Of a stretch of 64,000 nucleotides of DNA, positions 1 through 9,996 are shown one piece after another. The notes under the pieces were generated by a model. It had not been told where the DNA came from, made no database searches, and saw only the letters and a program-made list of their open reading frames with translations. Position 1 is the stretch's first letter. Each line of letters begins with the position of its first letter. The DNA lies in NCBI GenBank assembly GCA_023248745.1, contig JAHFDZ010000002.1:428-64427 (forward strand), given 5' to 3'. The DNA is from Myxococcales bacterium (GTDB taxonomy: Bacteria > Myxococcota_A > Polyangia > Polyangiales > Polyangiaceae). The position numbers were made by a program, and so were the translations under genes.

Positions 1-178
1 CCGCGGAGGCGCGACCACGCTTTGCCTTAACGGCACCGGCGAGTTGAATGGCGCCCCCGTAAAGCAGCAGCTTCTCGGTGAGCGTCGTCTTGCCCGCGTC
101 CGGGTGAGAAATGATGGCAAAGGTCTTGCGGCGGGCGATTTCCTGCCTCATTCGCAAAACTTCTGGGTTTTCGGACAT
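1..178 (-). CDS. prfC: peptide chain release factor 3, N-terminal fragment (gene runs off window start)
   Basis: Not in ORF track (open-ended). Reverse-strand ATG at 176-178 translates to [53 protein letters not shown]..., an RF3-type translational GTPase N-terminus with P-loop HPDAGKTT. Confidence 0.85.
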   Translation of the reverse strand, partial: MSENPEVLRMRQEIARRKTFAIISHPDAGKTTLTEKLLLYGGAIQLAGAVKAKRGRASA

Positions 179-222
179 AGCGGGCCGACTGGTAGCACCG
201 GGACGACGTATCCTGAAGCCCC

Positions 223-2967
223 ATGAGATCTTTCTGCACGTCTCTCTCCCTGCTTTTGGTCGTCGCCACACCCACCTTTGCAGAGGGAACGGGTGCATCG
301 AGACCGGCAGTCCCGCATACAAAAGCGCAGAGCCCAATCGAAGCTGCTGAAAAGCTCGTCGCGCAGACGAAGTATGCGAAAGCCACCGAAGCGCTTGCGA
401 AGATCAAAACAGACCCGTCAAAGTTACTTTTGGCACGCGTTCAGTTGGAAACGGGTCTCGATGAACTCGCCGAAAAGACCGCGAAGGCAACCGCTCCAAG
501 CGAGGCGCGAACGCTCTTCTTGACAAAAGTAGCGATAAAGCATGGTCGCTACGACGAAGCTGAGAAGGCGCTGGAACCGCTTTCGCAAAAGGCAACGCCC
601 GAAGCTCGAAGGGCTCGTCTTATGTTGGGTGAACTTCTTATTGCGCGTGGTCGTCGCGCGGAGGCCGAACCGCACTTGCTCAAGTTTGCCGACGAATACA
701 GCAACGACGTGATTACGTCGCAAGATGCCGAGGGTCTCGCGCTCGTTGGCCGGGCGATGATGCTCTTGCGGCACGTCAAAGACGCGAATACGGCGTTCAA
801 CGACAGCGAGAAAGCAGGGCGCGGCAGGCTTGAAACGTTGAAGTGGCGCGCTGAGCTCTTTTTTGACAACTACGACACGGGTCATGCGCAAGAAGTCATC
901 GAAGAAGGCCTGAAGATTGCGCCACACGACGCCGAACTTTTCTTGTGGCTCGCTCGTGTCAAGCTCGAGCAATCGCTCGACTTTGATGGCGCGCGCGAAG
1001 ACGTCGCCAAGGCGCTGGCCATTCATCCTCGCCATCCTGACGCCGCAGCGCTTCTCGCCGGCCTTGCGATGCGTGACAACGATTTGGCCAAAGCCGAAAA
1101 GGAAATCGCAAACGGCTTTGCGATCAACCCGCACCATCTCGAGCTGTGGGCACTCAAAGCCGCCGCGCGATTTTTGGCCGATGATCCGGCAGGATACGAC
1201 GTTGCGAAACGAGAAGCGTTCAAACGCAACGCTGAGTATGCGCGCTTCTTCGTCGTCGTGTCCGAGTACGCAGAGTGGGAGCATCGTTACGACGACATCG
1301 TCAAAATGATGAAAGAGGCCACCACGCTCGACCCGAAGTACGGGCGCGCTTGGGCAGAGCTCGGCCTGATGCAAATGCGTGGTGGCGACGAAGCGGAGGG
1401 CCAGAAGTCACTCGAAGAAGCGTGGCGTCACGACAAGTTCAACGTACGTGCCTTCAACACGCTCGAGCGTCTGTACAAAGATTGGATTCCGAAGCGATAC
1501 GAAAGTGTCGACGACGGGGTTTTCAAGTTTCGACTCCCGAAGGAAAAGAAAGAGATCTTTTCACGTTACATTCCGCAGTTCTCGGCGCGTGCTTGGAGCA
1601 CAATGAAGAACCGCTACGGATTCGCGCCCAAGACGCCGGTTGCGATCGAGTTGTACGACTCGCGTGAGCACTTCAGCGTTCGAACATCCGGGCTACCCAA
1701 TATCGGAATTCAAGGTGTTTGCTTCGGTCGCGTGGTTGCGGCGATGAGCCCAGAGAGTGAACCCTTCAATTGGGGCAACGTCATTTGGCACGAGCTTGGT
1801 CATGTTTTCGCGATTCAGATGTCGAAGAACCACGTGCCGCGCTGGTTTACCGAAGGTCTCAGCGAATACGAAACGATCGTCGTGCGACCCGAGTGGGGAC
1901 GCGAGCTTGATCCTGAGCTCTACCTCGCGGTCGCGAACCACAAATTGCCTGCGGTGATCGACATGAACCAAGCGTTTACGCATGCCGATAGTGGCATCGA
2001 CGTGAGCGTTGCCTACTACGCTTCGAGTCAGCTCATCGTCTACATCGCTGAGAAATTTGGCATGAAGTCAATAGGTAAGGCGCTTACCTATTGGGGGGAG
2101 GGTGTGCCGACCGCTGGGGTGATCGTCAAGGCATTTGGCGTGCAGCCTGCCGAGCTCGATTCCGGATTTCGCGCATGGCTCAAATTGCGGCTCGCGCGCT
2201 ACGAAACGCAATATGTCTTCAGCCCGAAACCGATCTCGCTTTCCGAAGCCGAGAAGGCGGCGACCGCAAATCCAAAGAGCGCCGACGCGTTAGTGGACCT
2301 CGCTCTCGCGTTCATGTCGAAACGCGACCGCAAGAACGCGCAAGAAAATCTCGACAAGGCCCTTGCGATCGATCCGAACAACAAGAGTGCGCATTTTCTC
2401 TACGCGAAGCTCTCTCGCGCGCTCGACGATTCTGCCGGAGAAAAGAAGCATCTCGCCGCGATTGAAAAGGCAGGTGGTGATGGCTACATGCTTCAAATGT
2501 CACTCGCGACGATCGCAAAGCGCGAGAAAAATAAGGTTGCGTTCAAGGCGGCTGTAGAGCGCGCACATCGTTACGATCCTTCGCAAGTTGAAGCTCTTAC
2601 TGGGATGCTCTCGCTCGCAAACGAAGAGAAGAGTGAAGACGACGCGATCGACGCGCTACGCAAGCTCGTGCTTCTTGAACAACACAACGTTGGTCTGTGC
2701 AAGCAACTACTCGCGTTGCTGGTGAAGCGCCAAGCGTGGCAAGAAGCCGCAAAGGTTGCCGAGGCGGCCCTGTACATCGCGCTCGACGACAGCAAAATTC
2801 ACGAAGTCTATGCGCTTGTCTTGTCCAAGCTCGGAGACAACGTGCGCGCAGAGTTTGAACGTGAGAGCGCAAGGATCGTTCAAAGCAAGAAGGGCGATGA
2901 GGCCGATCCTGCGACGGTCCAGACTCGATCGGGCCCCTTGCCTTCTGAACCCGTAGAAGAGCAATAG
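223..2967 (+). CDS. secreted TPR-repeat protein with central HEXXH (gluzincin / peptidase-MA-like) domain
   Basis: 914-aa ORF. Signal-like N-terminus [29 protein letters not shown]...[10 protein letters not shown] (HEXXH plus downstream Glu) flanked on both sides by TPR-like helical repeats. Confidence 0.7.
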   Translation: MRSFCTSLSLLLVVATPTFAEGTGASRPAVPHTKAQSPIEAAEKLVAQTKYAKATEALAKIKTDPSKLLLARVQLETGLDELAEKTAKATAPSEARTLFLTKVAIKHGRYDEAEKALEPLSQKATPEARRARLMLGELLIARGRRAEAEPHLLKFADEYSNDVITSQDAEGLALVGRAMMLLRHVKDANTAFNDSEKAGRGRLETLKWRAELFFDNYDTGHAQEVIEEGLKIAPHDAELFLWLARVKLEQSLDFDGAREDVAKALAIHPRHPDAAALLAGLAMRDNDLAKAEKEIANGFAINPHHLELWALKAAARFLADDPAGYDVAKREAFKRNAEYARFFVVVSEYAEWEHRYDDIVKMMKEATTLDPKYGRAWAELGLMQMRGGDEAEGQKSLEEAWRHDKFNVRAFNTLERLYKDWIPKRYESVDDGVFKFRLPKEKKEIFSRYIPQFSARAWSTMKNRYGFAPKTPVAIELYDSREHFSVRTSGLPNIGIQGVCFGRVVAAMSPESEPFNWGNVIWHELGHVFAIQMSKNHVPRWFTEGLSEYETIVVRPEWGRELDPELYLAVANHKLPAVIDMNQAFTHADSGIDVSVAYYASSQLIVYIAEKFGMKSIGKALTYWGEGVPTAGVIVKAFGVQPAELDSGFRAWLKLRLARYETQYVFSPKPISLSEAEKAATANPKSADALVDLALAFMSKRDRKNAQENLDKALAIDPNNKSAHFLYAKLSRALDDSAGEKKHLAAIEKAGGDGYMLQMSLATIAKREKNKVAFKAAVERAHRYDPSQVEALTGMLSLANEEKSEDDAIDALRKLVLLEQHNVGLCKQLLALLVKRQAWQEAAKVAEAALYIALDDSKIHEVYALVLSKLGDNVRAEFERESARIVQSKKGDEADPATVQTRSGPLPSEPVEEQ

Positions 2968-2976
2968 CGCTGCGCG

Positions 2977-3459
2977 ATGAACTGGCGCGTACTCCAGAGC
3001 AAGATCGGCTTTGCGCGATCCGTCAAGTTGATGAACACCTTCGCGCCCTTCGTCGGCGCGGGCATTGCGGTGCATTCTGTCGATCCTGATGAACGCGCGC
3101 TCGAAGTGACGCTCACGATGCGCTGGTTCAACCGTAATTTTGCGGGCATCCATTTTGGTGGGTCGCTCTACGCGATGTGCGATCCGTTTTTCGCGATGCT
3201 GCTGATGAACAAGCTTGGTTCCGAGTACGTCGCGCTCGACAAATCGTCGCGAATCGATTTTCGAAGACCGGGACGCGGCGTTGTGCGCGCACGATTTGCG
3301 ATCACCGATGCCGATGTAGAAACGGCGCGCAGTGAAGTAGCGTCACGAGGAAAGTGCGACCTGTCGTTTGAGACGATCGTCATCGGACCCGACGACGAAG
3401 TGGTTGCGCGTGTTTACAAGGTGGTCAACGTGAGGAGGGTGGCTGTGGGTCATCCATAG
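2977..3459 (+). CDS. hotdog-fold thioesterase-like protein (DUF4442 / YiiD C-terminal-like)
   Basis: 160 aa. Core FAGIHFGGSLYAMCDPFFAMLL resembles the YiiD_C/DUF4442 thioesterase-like family. Family call is from memory only. Confidence 0.45.
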   Translation: MNWRVLQSKIGFARSVKLMNTFAPFVGAGIAVHSVDPDERALEVTLTMRWFNRNFAGIHFGGSLYAMCDPFFAMLLMNKLGSEYVALDKSSRIDFRRPGRGVVRARFAITDADVETARSEVASRGKCDLSFETIVIGPDDEVVARVYKVVNVRRVAVGHP

Positions 3460-3468
3460 AAGACCGAG

Positions 3469-4560
3469 ATGTTGGTACACGCGTGCTTCGTGTTACCTTC
3501 AGCCATGCCGTCAAGTTTCACGATCTTTCCGCTCGAGCTTATCGAGAAGCTGCCAAAGACCGATCTGCACGTTCACCTCGACGGTTCGTTGAGGCTCTCT
3601 ACAATTCTCGATCTCGCGCAGCGGCAACAGGTTGAGCTTCCGGCGCAAGGTGGCGAAGCGCTACGTGCATTCATGCATCTCGGCGAAAACTGTGGCTCCC
3701 TCGTCGAGTACCTCAAGGCGTTCGACGTCACGCTTCGCGTGATGCAAACGGCAGACTCGTTGACGCGCATCGCGTACGAGCTTGCGGAAGACGCATCCAA
3801 AGAGAATGTACGATACATGGAAGTGCGCTACGCCCCGATGCTGCACACGCAGAAGGGACTGAAGCTCACGAGTGTCGTTGAAGCAGTGCTCGAGGGCCTT
3901 CGAGCCGCGCAAGATAAGTTTGGCATCGAGTCGAACGTGATTCTCTGCGGCATTCGAAACGTGTCGCCGGAGAGTTCACTCGAAATGGCCGAGCTAGCCG
4001 TTGCGTACAAAGGCCGCGGTGTTGTGGGATTCGACCTCGCAGGCGCCGAGTACGACCATCCTGCGAAGCACCACAAGGCAGCGTTTCAACTCGTGCGCGA
4101 CAACAACATCAACGTGACGATTCACGCAGGCGAGGCCTACGGACCCGAATCGATCGCGCAGGCGATTCACGTTTGCGGCGCACACCGCATTGGTCATGGG
4201 TGTCGCCTTCGCGAAAATGGCGACCTCCTGCACTACGTCAACGATCACCGCATTCCGCTCGAATGTTGTCCGTCATCCAATGTGCAAACAGGCGCGATTC
4301 GCGACCTCCCAAGTCATCCACTTAAGCTCTACTTGAGCTTGGGTTTGCGCGTTACCGTCAACACCGACAACCGGCTCGTCACAGATACGAGCGTGTCGAG
4401 AGAACTGTGGCTGTGCCACACCCAGCTCGGGCTCAGCATGCGGGACTTGAAGCAAATCATCCTGAACGGATTCAAGAGCGCGTTTTTGCCCTTCCACGTG
4501 AAGCAACAATATTTGCGGCGCGTGAGCGAGGAGCTCGACGGATTTGACGACGGCGCGTGA
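3469..4560 (+). CDS. add: adenosine deaminase
   Basis: Motifs HVHLDGSLR, HAGE, RIGHG, CPSSN and VNTDN in canonical order. Alternative ATG at 3505. Confidence 0.9.
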   Translation: MLVHACFVLPSAMPSSFTIFPLELIEKLPKTDLHVHLDGSLRLSTILDLAQRQQVELPAQGGEALRAFMHLGENCGSLVEYLKAFDVTLRVMQTADSLTRIAYELAEDASKENVRYMEVRYAPMLHTQKGLKLTSVVEAVLEGLRAAQDKFGIESNVILCGIRNVSPESSLEMAELAVAYKGRGVVGFDLAGAEYDHPAKHHKAAFQLVRDNNINVTIHAGEAYGPESIAQAIHVCGAHRIGHGCRLRENGDLLHYVNDHRIPLECCPSSNVQTGAIRDLPSHPLKLYLSLGLRVTVNTDNRLVTDTSVSRELWLCHTQLGLSMRDLKQIILNGFKSAFLPFHVKQQYLRRVSEELDGFDDGA

Positions 4561-5729
4561 AACAGATTCTTCATGTCGACATGGACGCGTTTTACGCGTC
4601 CGTTGAGCAGCGTGACAATCCGTCGTTGCGTGGCAAACCCGTTCTCGTCGGCGGTGGAGAGCGCCGAGGCGTTGTCGCAGCTGCCTCCTATGAGGCACGA
4701 AAATTTGGTGCGCGAAGTGCGATGCCGATGGCCGAAGCGATGCGCAAGTGTCCAAGTGCGATCGTCGTGCATCCGCGCATGAGTCGGTACGCAGAAGTGA
4801 GCGAGCAGGTGTTCGCGATCTTTCATCGTTACACGCCGCTCGTGCAGGGCCTCTCGCTCGATGAGGCATTCCTTGATGTAACGGCGAGCCACTCTCTTTT
4901 TGGTAGTGGTGAGGCGATCGCGCGCCGAATCAAAAATGAAATTAGGACAGAGCTAGGACTCAACGCATCAGCTGGTGTTGCGCCCAATCGCTTTGTTGCG
5001 AAGGTAGCAAGTGACCTAAAGAAGCCCGATGGACTTGTCGTTGTAGACGAAGCCGACATGCGTGCGTTTCTTGCGCCGCTTCCGATCGAACGCATGTGGG
5101 GCATCGGATCCAAGACAGCACCTAAGCTTCACGCACTGGGGCTCTCGACGCTCGCGGACCTTGTGAGTGCGCGGGCAAGCTTGCTCGAAGAGGTGCTCGG
5201 GAGTTGGGGCGCTCATGTGCAAGCGCTCGCGCGTGGCGAAGATGAACGTGAAGTAGAGCCCAATCTCGCCGCTAAATCGATCGGGACAGAGCGCACGTAC
5301 GACGAAGACCTCACGGACGTTCAAGCCATCGAGCGGTCGCTGCTCGATCACGCTTCTCGCGTCGCGCAACGCCTTGTGCGCGAAAAGGTATGTGCCCGGG
5401 TTGTCACGCTGAAGCTAAAACACGCAGACTTCACGCTTCGAACGAAGCGCGTGACGCTCTCTGAACCTGTTGCCGACGCAGAGTCGATTTACCTCGCTGC
5501 CAAAATGCTACTCGCGACGATCAATTTGAGCGGCGCGCGATTTCGACTGACGGGCGTATCGGTAAGCGCCTTGACCGATGGTCCGCCGCCGCGAACGCTC
5601 TTTCCCAATCCGCGGACCGAGAAACTTCGCAAGCTCGAGCATGTCGTCGCCGAAGTCGCGGATCGATTTGGAGATGCCGGGATTACGAGAGCAACGCTGC
5701 TCGAGTCGGATGATGAGCCGCGACGTTAG
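4557..5729 (+). CDS. dinB: DNA polymerase IV (Y-family)
   Basis: N-terminus ILHVDMDAFYASVEQRDNPSLRGKPVLVGG is the Pol IV signature. GTG start overlaps the add stop (GTGA). Confidence 0.9.
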   Translation: MKQILHVDMDAFYASVEQRDNPSLRGKPVLVGGGERRGVVAAASYEARKFGARSAMPMAEAMRKCPSAIVVHPRMSRYAEVSEQVFAIFHRYTPLVQGLSLDEAFLDVTASHSLFGSGEAIARRIKNEIRTELGLNASAGVAPNRFVAKVASDLKKPDGLVVVDEADMRAFLAPLPIERMWGIGSKTAPKLHALGLSTLADLVSARASLLEEVLGSWGAHVQALARGEDEREVEPNLAAKSIGTERTYDEDLTDVQAIERSLLDHASRVAQRLVREKVCARVVTLKLKHADFTLRTKRVTLSEPVADAESIYLAAKMLLATINLSGARFRLTGVSVSALTDGPPPRTLFPNPRTEKLRKLEHVVAEVADRFGDAGITRATLLESDDEPRR

Positions 5730-6412
5730 TTTTTGCGGCAAGCGTAGACGCCGCTGATCCATGTCGAGCTCTTGCACGAGTAACCCGACTGGCATTGCGT
5801 AGTTGACGAGCTGGGGTCACATAGACGTTCGCCCGTGCACTTGTCTGAGGCGGTGCACACCGCGCTGGCGCCTGAGAAGCAGCAAACGTTTCCTGAAACG
5901 CAATCGTCTACGCCGTCGCACAACATTGGCGTCTGCCCGAATCCGCATGACGACGTGCTTTGCTTGCAACTGAATTGGACGCCGCCATCGAGGGAGTAGC
6001 TTGCGCAGCACGTTTGGCTTGGGCCCCAGCAGTAGATGTCGCTCACGGTGTCGCCGCCGCACCAGATGTCGTACGAAGAGATCGTTGTGCTCGAGTCTTT
6101 TGCATCAACTTTGGCGTCGGTTGCGTCGGCCTTCGCATCAACAGGGCCGTCGACCGGAGCGTCAAGCGGCTTGACGTCTACGTGCGCGTCCGCGGGAGTC
6201 GCATCGGCGACGCTACCGTCTGTGACGCTTGCGTCGCCCGTTGCGTCGGGAGCGTCGGTTGCATCGGGAACGGCGGCATCTTTTGGGTTCACCGAACTGT
6301 CGGTGCCGCCATCGCCCCCAAAGAGGTCGCTTTGCATGGCACCCCCGCAGGCGGTTGCCAACCATGCCGCCGCAAACGCCGCCGCAAACGACAGGGGAAA
6401 TCGAGCACTCAT
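5726..6412 (-). CDS. Cys-rich secreted lipoprotein (paralog A)
   Basis: Start moved to internal ATG 6412 (MSARFPLSFAAAFAAAWLATAC, lipobox-like). Asp/Ala-rich linker followed by a C-terminal domain with 16 Cys. Paralog of 6499-7131. Confidence 0.6.
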   Translation of the reverse strand: MSARFPLSFAAAFAAAWLATACGGAMQSDLFGGDGGTDSSVNPKDAAVPDATDAPDATGDASVTDGSVADATPADAHVDVKPLDAPVDGPVDAKADATDAKVDAKDSSTTISSYDIWCGGDTVSDIYCWGPSQTCCASYSLDGGVQFSCKQSTSSCGFGQTPMLCDGVDDCVSGNVCCFSGASAVCTASDKCTGERLCDPSSSTTQCQSGYSCKSSTWISGVYACRKN

Positions 6413-6498
6413 CGTGGCTGCGCCAACTACCAGCGATTGTTGCGAAAACAATGCATATCGGGGAAATAGCCCCAATTCGCCCAAGCGACGTTCTTTAT

Positions 6499-7131
6499 TT
6501 AGATCGGAGGAAGACACAAATAGTACCCCGGCAGCGTGTTTGTGCTCAAACGGCACACATCACCCGTGTCGCAAATGTTCTTCGCCGTTGGGTCACAGGT
6601 TCGCGTTCGCGTCGTGTTGTTGGTGCAATCTTTGACTTCGGCGCACGAAGCGCCTGTGGCTTGCCCGGTTTGCAGACTGAACGTGACACAGCAAACGCTG
6701 TCTTTCTTGATGACCTGACAGTCATCGTCGCCGTCGCACGAGATCCCGAATTTGCCGGTGCCCGTACACTTGTTGAGATCTTTGCACTCACCCCTGATGC
6801 TGCCATTTTTGTGCTCGGCGCAGCACGTTTGGGTGCCAACGGCGCAGTTGGCCGCGTTGCAGACAATGACGGGTGGTGGCGAGGCGTCGACCGGCGGGGC
6901 GTCGTGCGGAAGTCCATCGGTTGCGCCGTCTAATGTTGGCGATCCGTCGGTGCGCGCATCAACCACCGAACCACCGGTTTTGCCGGTTTCGGGTCCAGGC
7001 GAGACGCTCGCGTCCGCGGCTCCAGAAAAGAGGTCTGACTGGATAGCGCCGCCGCAGGCACCGAAAAGGGCCGTCGTCGACGAAAGCACGATAAGTGTGA
7101 AGAGGGCGCGTCGCCCGCGAATATGCAGCAT
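6499..7131 (-). CDS. Cys-rich secreted lipoprotein (paralog B)
   Basis: Start at internal ATG 7131 (MLHIRGRRALFTLIVLSSTTALFGAC). Shares the ACGGA(I/M)QSDLF motif and the same 16-Cys pattern, including two CC doublets, with 5726-6412. Confidence 0.6.
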   Translation of the reverse strand: MLHIRGRRALFTLIVLSSTTALFGACGGAIQSDLFSGAADASVSPGPETGKTGGSVVDARTDGSPTLDGATDGLPHDAPPVDASPPPVIVCNAANCAVGTQTCCAEHKNGSIRGECKDLNKCTGTGKFGISCDGDDDCQVIKKDSVCCVTFSLQTGQATGASCAEVKDCTNNTTRTRTCDPTAKNICDTGDVCRLSTNTLPGYYLCLPPI

Positions 7132-7298
7132 GTTTTGCGTCCTTTGCGAGCCGTGAAACCCTGCTCGCAGGGTACAAACTGAGGTGTCGGCCCGTGGGGT
7201 GAGCTCCGAGCGGAGACCGACACGAGACCGGTGTTTTGGTCGTTCGTCAATCCCACTTCGCGGCGGGACGCTCCCTGTGATAAGCCGCCGCTCCCCCC

Positions 7299-8258
7299 AT
7301 GTCCGAGGTTGAAGTCCCCCACGCCGAACCGGAAGCGGCCAAGTTCGATCGCGCCATTGACGCGCTCGAACAAGCCGCGGTTGCTTCCGAAGGCGCGTCG
7401 GTGGGTAAGCCCCTTGACCTTGCATCGCGTGAGGACTTCGACGCCGCTGTGAAGCTCGACCCGAGGGCCGTTCGGTCGCGTCTCGACCGCGTCATGATGG
7501 GGTTCGATCCGGAGCTTGGTCTCGATTATCTGCATCATACAGGTTGCCTTAACGCGATATTTCCCGAGATCGAAGCGATGGTCGGCTTCGGTGATGGTGA
7601 GTGGCGCCACAAGGACGTGTGGAAGCACACAAAGCAAGTCGTCCTTCAGGCCGAGCCGCGGCTCGAACTGCGTTGGGGCGCGCTGATGCATGACGTCGGA
7701 AAAATTAAGACGCGGACCATTACGCCTGAGGGCAAGGTGCAGTTTTTGGGTCATGCCGAAGTTGGCGCGCGCATGTTCGACAAAATCGAACGGCGCTTGC
7801 ACCTCTTCGGAAACGAGCCTTCGCTGCAGAGCACCATCCGATTTCTCGTGCTGCATCACCTGCGCGCGAACCAATACGAGAAAACGTGGACCGACAGCGC
7901 GGTGCGAAGGTTTGCTCGAGAACTCGGTGAGCACCTTGACGACCTGCTGTGTCTCGCACGCGCAGACATCACAACCAAGAGGCCCGAGAAGAAGCGTCGC
8001 GGACTCTCGCAGATCGACGAACTTCAGCTTCGCATCACGGAGCTTGCGCTCGAAGACGCAAAGCTGCCGCCGCTCCCAACCGGAGTCGGCGACGAAATCA
8101 TGCGCACGTTTGGTCTCAGGCCCTCGCGGCAGATCGGCGACATCAAGCGCGCGCTTGAAGACGCGATCGCGCGTGGCGAGCTCGAAGCGCGTCAGCCCAA
8201 CGAAGTCTACGTTGCGTGGGTTGCGGCGAACGCGGAGCGATTCGGGATCTTGATCTAA
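7299..8258 (+). CDS. HD-domain protein related to the C-terminal half of CCA-adding / poly(A) polymerase family enzymes
   Basis: HD motifs LRWGALMHDVGK, GHAEVGA and HHLRAN, plus a C-terminal helical region as in CCA enzymes. No nucleotidyltransferase head (no GGxVRD) within the ORF. Confidence 0.7.
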   Translation: MSEVEVPHAEPEAAKFDRAIDALEQAAVASEGASVGKPLDLASREDFDAAVKLDPRAVRSRLDRVMMGFDPELGLDYLHHTGCLNAIFPEIEAMVGFGDGEWRHKDVWKHTKQVVLQAEPRLELRWGALMHDVGKIKTRTITPEGKVQFLGHAEVGARMFDKIERRLHLFGNEPSLQSTIRFLVLHHLRANQYEKTWTDSAVRRFARELGEHLDDLLCLARADITTKRPEKKRRGLSQIDELQLRITELALEDAKLPPLPTGVGDEIMRTFGLRPSRQIGDIKRALEDAIARGELEARQPNEVYVAWVAANAERFGILI

Positions 8259-8812
8259 TCGTCGCTAAACGAGCCGCCAAAATCGCCAGCGCCAGCGTCG
8301 AAGAAGTCGGAACCGCCGCCGTCGTCGTCTGAGAAGTGACCACTTGTGTCCTCGGCGCCAACCGAGCCTGAAAACGAACCGCCGCCATCGTCGTCGTGTT
8401 GCTCATACACGTATGAATGGTGATGGCTCCCGAAGTAGCTGCCCACCATGCTGCCCGCCACCGCGCCAAGGAATGGTGCAGCAACTTGACCAACGATTCC
8501 GGCGTTGTGCGCAAACTGCTCATTGCGCATTTGGTTGTCGCATGCGACCTTGCGCTCAAGCGCGCCCGCAAACGCTTCGCCGCAAGATAGGCAAGCAGGT
8601 TGATTGTGTGGCGAGACTTGCGCGCAAAAGACGCATTGGACAACCACCCAAGCGCGGCACTGGACGCAGTTCATCGTGCCCCACACGTTGAGTGTTGCGC
8701 ACTGCGGACAAGGGATGGCTGCCTCGGCCGCTTCGGCGTTTACTGGCCGCTTGCAAAAGCGACACATCACGAGACCCGGAACCGCTGGCGCACCGCAAGA
8801 TTGGCACTGCAT
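8255..8812 (-). CDS. triple zinc-ribbon membrane protein with acidic Gly/Asp tail
   Basis: Six CxxC pairs (CQSC, CRFC, CPQC, CVQC, CVFC, CLSC). One hydrophobic helix GIVGQVAAPFLGAVAGSMVGSYFG, then a His-rich and an Asp/Gly-rich tail. Confidence 0.55.
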   Translation of the reverse strand: MQCQSCGAPAVPGLVMCRFCKRPVNAEAAEAAIPCPQCATLNVWGTMNCVQCRAWVVVQCVFCAQVSPHNQPACLSCGEAFAGALERKVACDNQMRNEQFAHNAGIVGQVAAPFLGAVAGSMVGSYFGSHHHSYVYEQHDDDGGGSFSGSVGAEDTSGHFSDDDGGGSDFFDAGAGDFGGSFSDD

Positions 8813-8870
8813 AAGAGAAGCTTAGCGCGAAGCAGCCGAGGGGTTGCCACGTCGAACGTCAGCATCGCCT

Positions 8871-9944
8871 ATGATCGGGTTCGTGAGCACTCCCTACAGT
8901 GACGAAACTTTCTTTCACCAGCTTCTCGCGAAGGCGATTTCAAGCCATGCGAGCGACATTCACATCAAGGTCGGTCAGCCGCCTGGGGCGCGTATTCGCG
9001 GCGAGATGGTGTACTTCAAGACCGCAAGAGTCACGCCGGCCGATACCGACGCGGTTGCGCTCCGGGTTATCCGTCAGCCCGAAATACGAGAGCGATTGTC
9101 GGAGCTTCAAGAGTTCGACGCCTCGTATGAGGTGCCTTCGCTCGGTCGTTTCCGACTCAACATTTATCGGCAGCGCGGAAGCCTCGCGATCGTCATGCGC
9201 TTCATTCCTGCAGACGTTCCGACGATTGACGAATTGGGCCTACCGCCGGTTGCGCGTGAGCTCGCGGAAAAAGAGAACGGCATGGTGCTGCTTACCGGCG
9301 CGGCAGGCAACGGAAAGTCGACAAGCATCGCCGCCATGCTCTCTCATCTCAACACGACGCGATCGCTTCATATCGTCACGATCGAAGATCCCGTTGAGTA
9401 CGTTCACGGTGATCGCATGTCGTCGGTTAGCCAGCGCGAAGTGGGGCTCGACACCGAGAGCTTTGCAAAGGCACTGCGTTCGGCTCTTCGCCAGGATCCC
9501 GATGTGATTATGGTCGGCGAAATTCGCGATGAAGAAACGATGGAAATCGCGCTCAAGGCCGCGGAAACCGGGCACTTACTTCTGTCAACGCTGCACACTA
9601 CTGACGCGGCTCGAACCATCAATCGCATGCTTGCGCTGATGTCAGGTGACGCGCAAGAGAATCGAATACGCATCGCCAACGCGCTTCAAGGCGTGATCGC
9701 GCAACGTCTTTTGCCGAAAGCGGACGCGACGGGTCAGGTGCTCGCAGCAGAGGTGCTTGTGGTGACACACCTTGTGCGTGAGTCGATAAGGCGTCCCGAC
9801 CACAATCCGACGCTCAAGGCGCTAATGGAAAAAGGCGTGCACCCCTACGGTATGCAGACTTTTCAGATGCACGTCGAAGAGCTGCTCGAGAAGGGCATCA
9901 TTGACGACATTACGATGCGCGAAGCGTTGGGCTTGGCACAGTAG
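8871..9944 (+). CDS. pilT: PilT-family type IV pilus retraction-type ATPase
   Basis: Walker A GAAGNGKST, Asp box DPDVIMVGEIRD, His box GHLLLSTLHT. ORF opens at TTG 8844; the first ATG (8871) is used. Confidence 0.8.
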   Translation: MIGFVSTPYSDETFFHQLLAKAISSHASDIHIKVGQPPGARIRGEMVYFKTARVTPADTDAVALRVIRQPEIRERLSELQEFDASYEVPSLGRFRLNIYRQRGSLAIVMRFIPADVPTIDELGLPPVARELAEKENGMVLLTGAAGNGKSTSIAAMLSHLNTTRSLHIVTIEDPVEYVHGDRMSSVSQREVGLDTESFAKALRSALRQDPDVIMVGEIRDEETMEIALKAAETGHLLLSTLHTTDAARTINRMLALMSGDAQENRIRIANALQGVIAQRLLPKADATGQVLAAEVLVVTHLVRESIRRPDHNPTLKALMEKGVHPYGMQTFQMHVEELLEKGIIDDITMREALGLAQ

Positions 9945-9996
9945 TAAATGAACAGAATGGTCAAGTAAGTTTAGATTGATCGGGCGATCGATGCGC

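Noticed and set aside
424-1374. 316-aa minus-strand ORF. The same applies to 26785-27546(+), 51613-52446(+), 14547-15332(+), 58046-58804(-) and 23658-24275(-).
   Set aside because: All lie antisense to genes with clear family motifs (TPR-peptidase, serA, gltX, MBL hydrolase, ccmB region, ABC ATPase). This is the long open antisense frame artefact of GC-rich DNA.
6930-7934. 334-aa minus-strand ORF.
   Set aside because: It is antisense to the HD-domain gene and to the lipoprotein start region. Composition is low-complexity and Arg-rich, with no recognisable domain.
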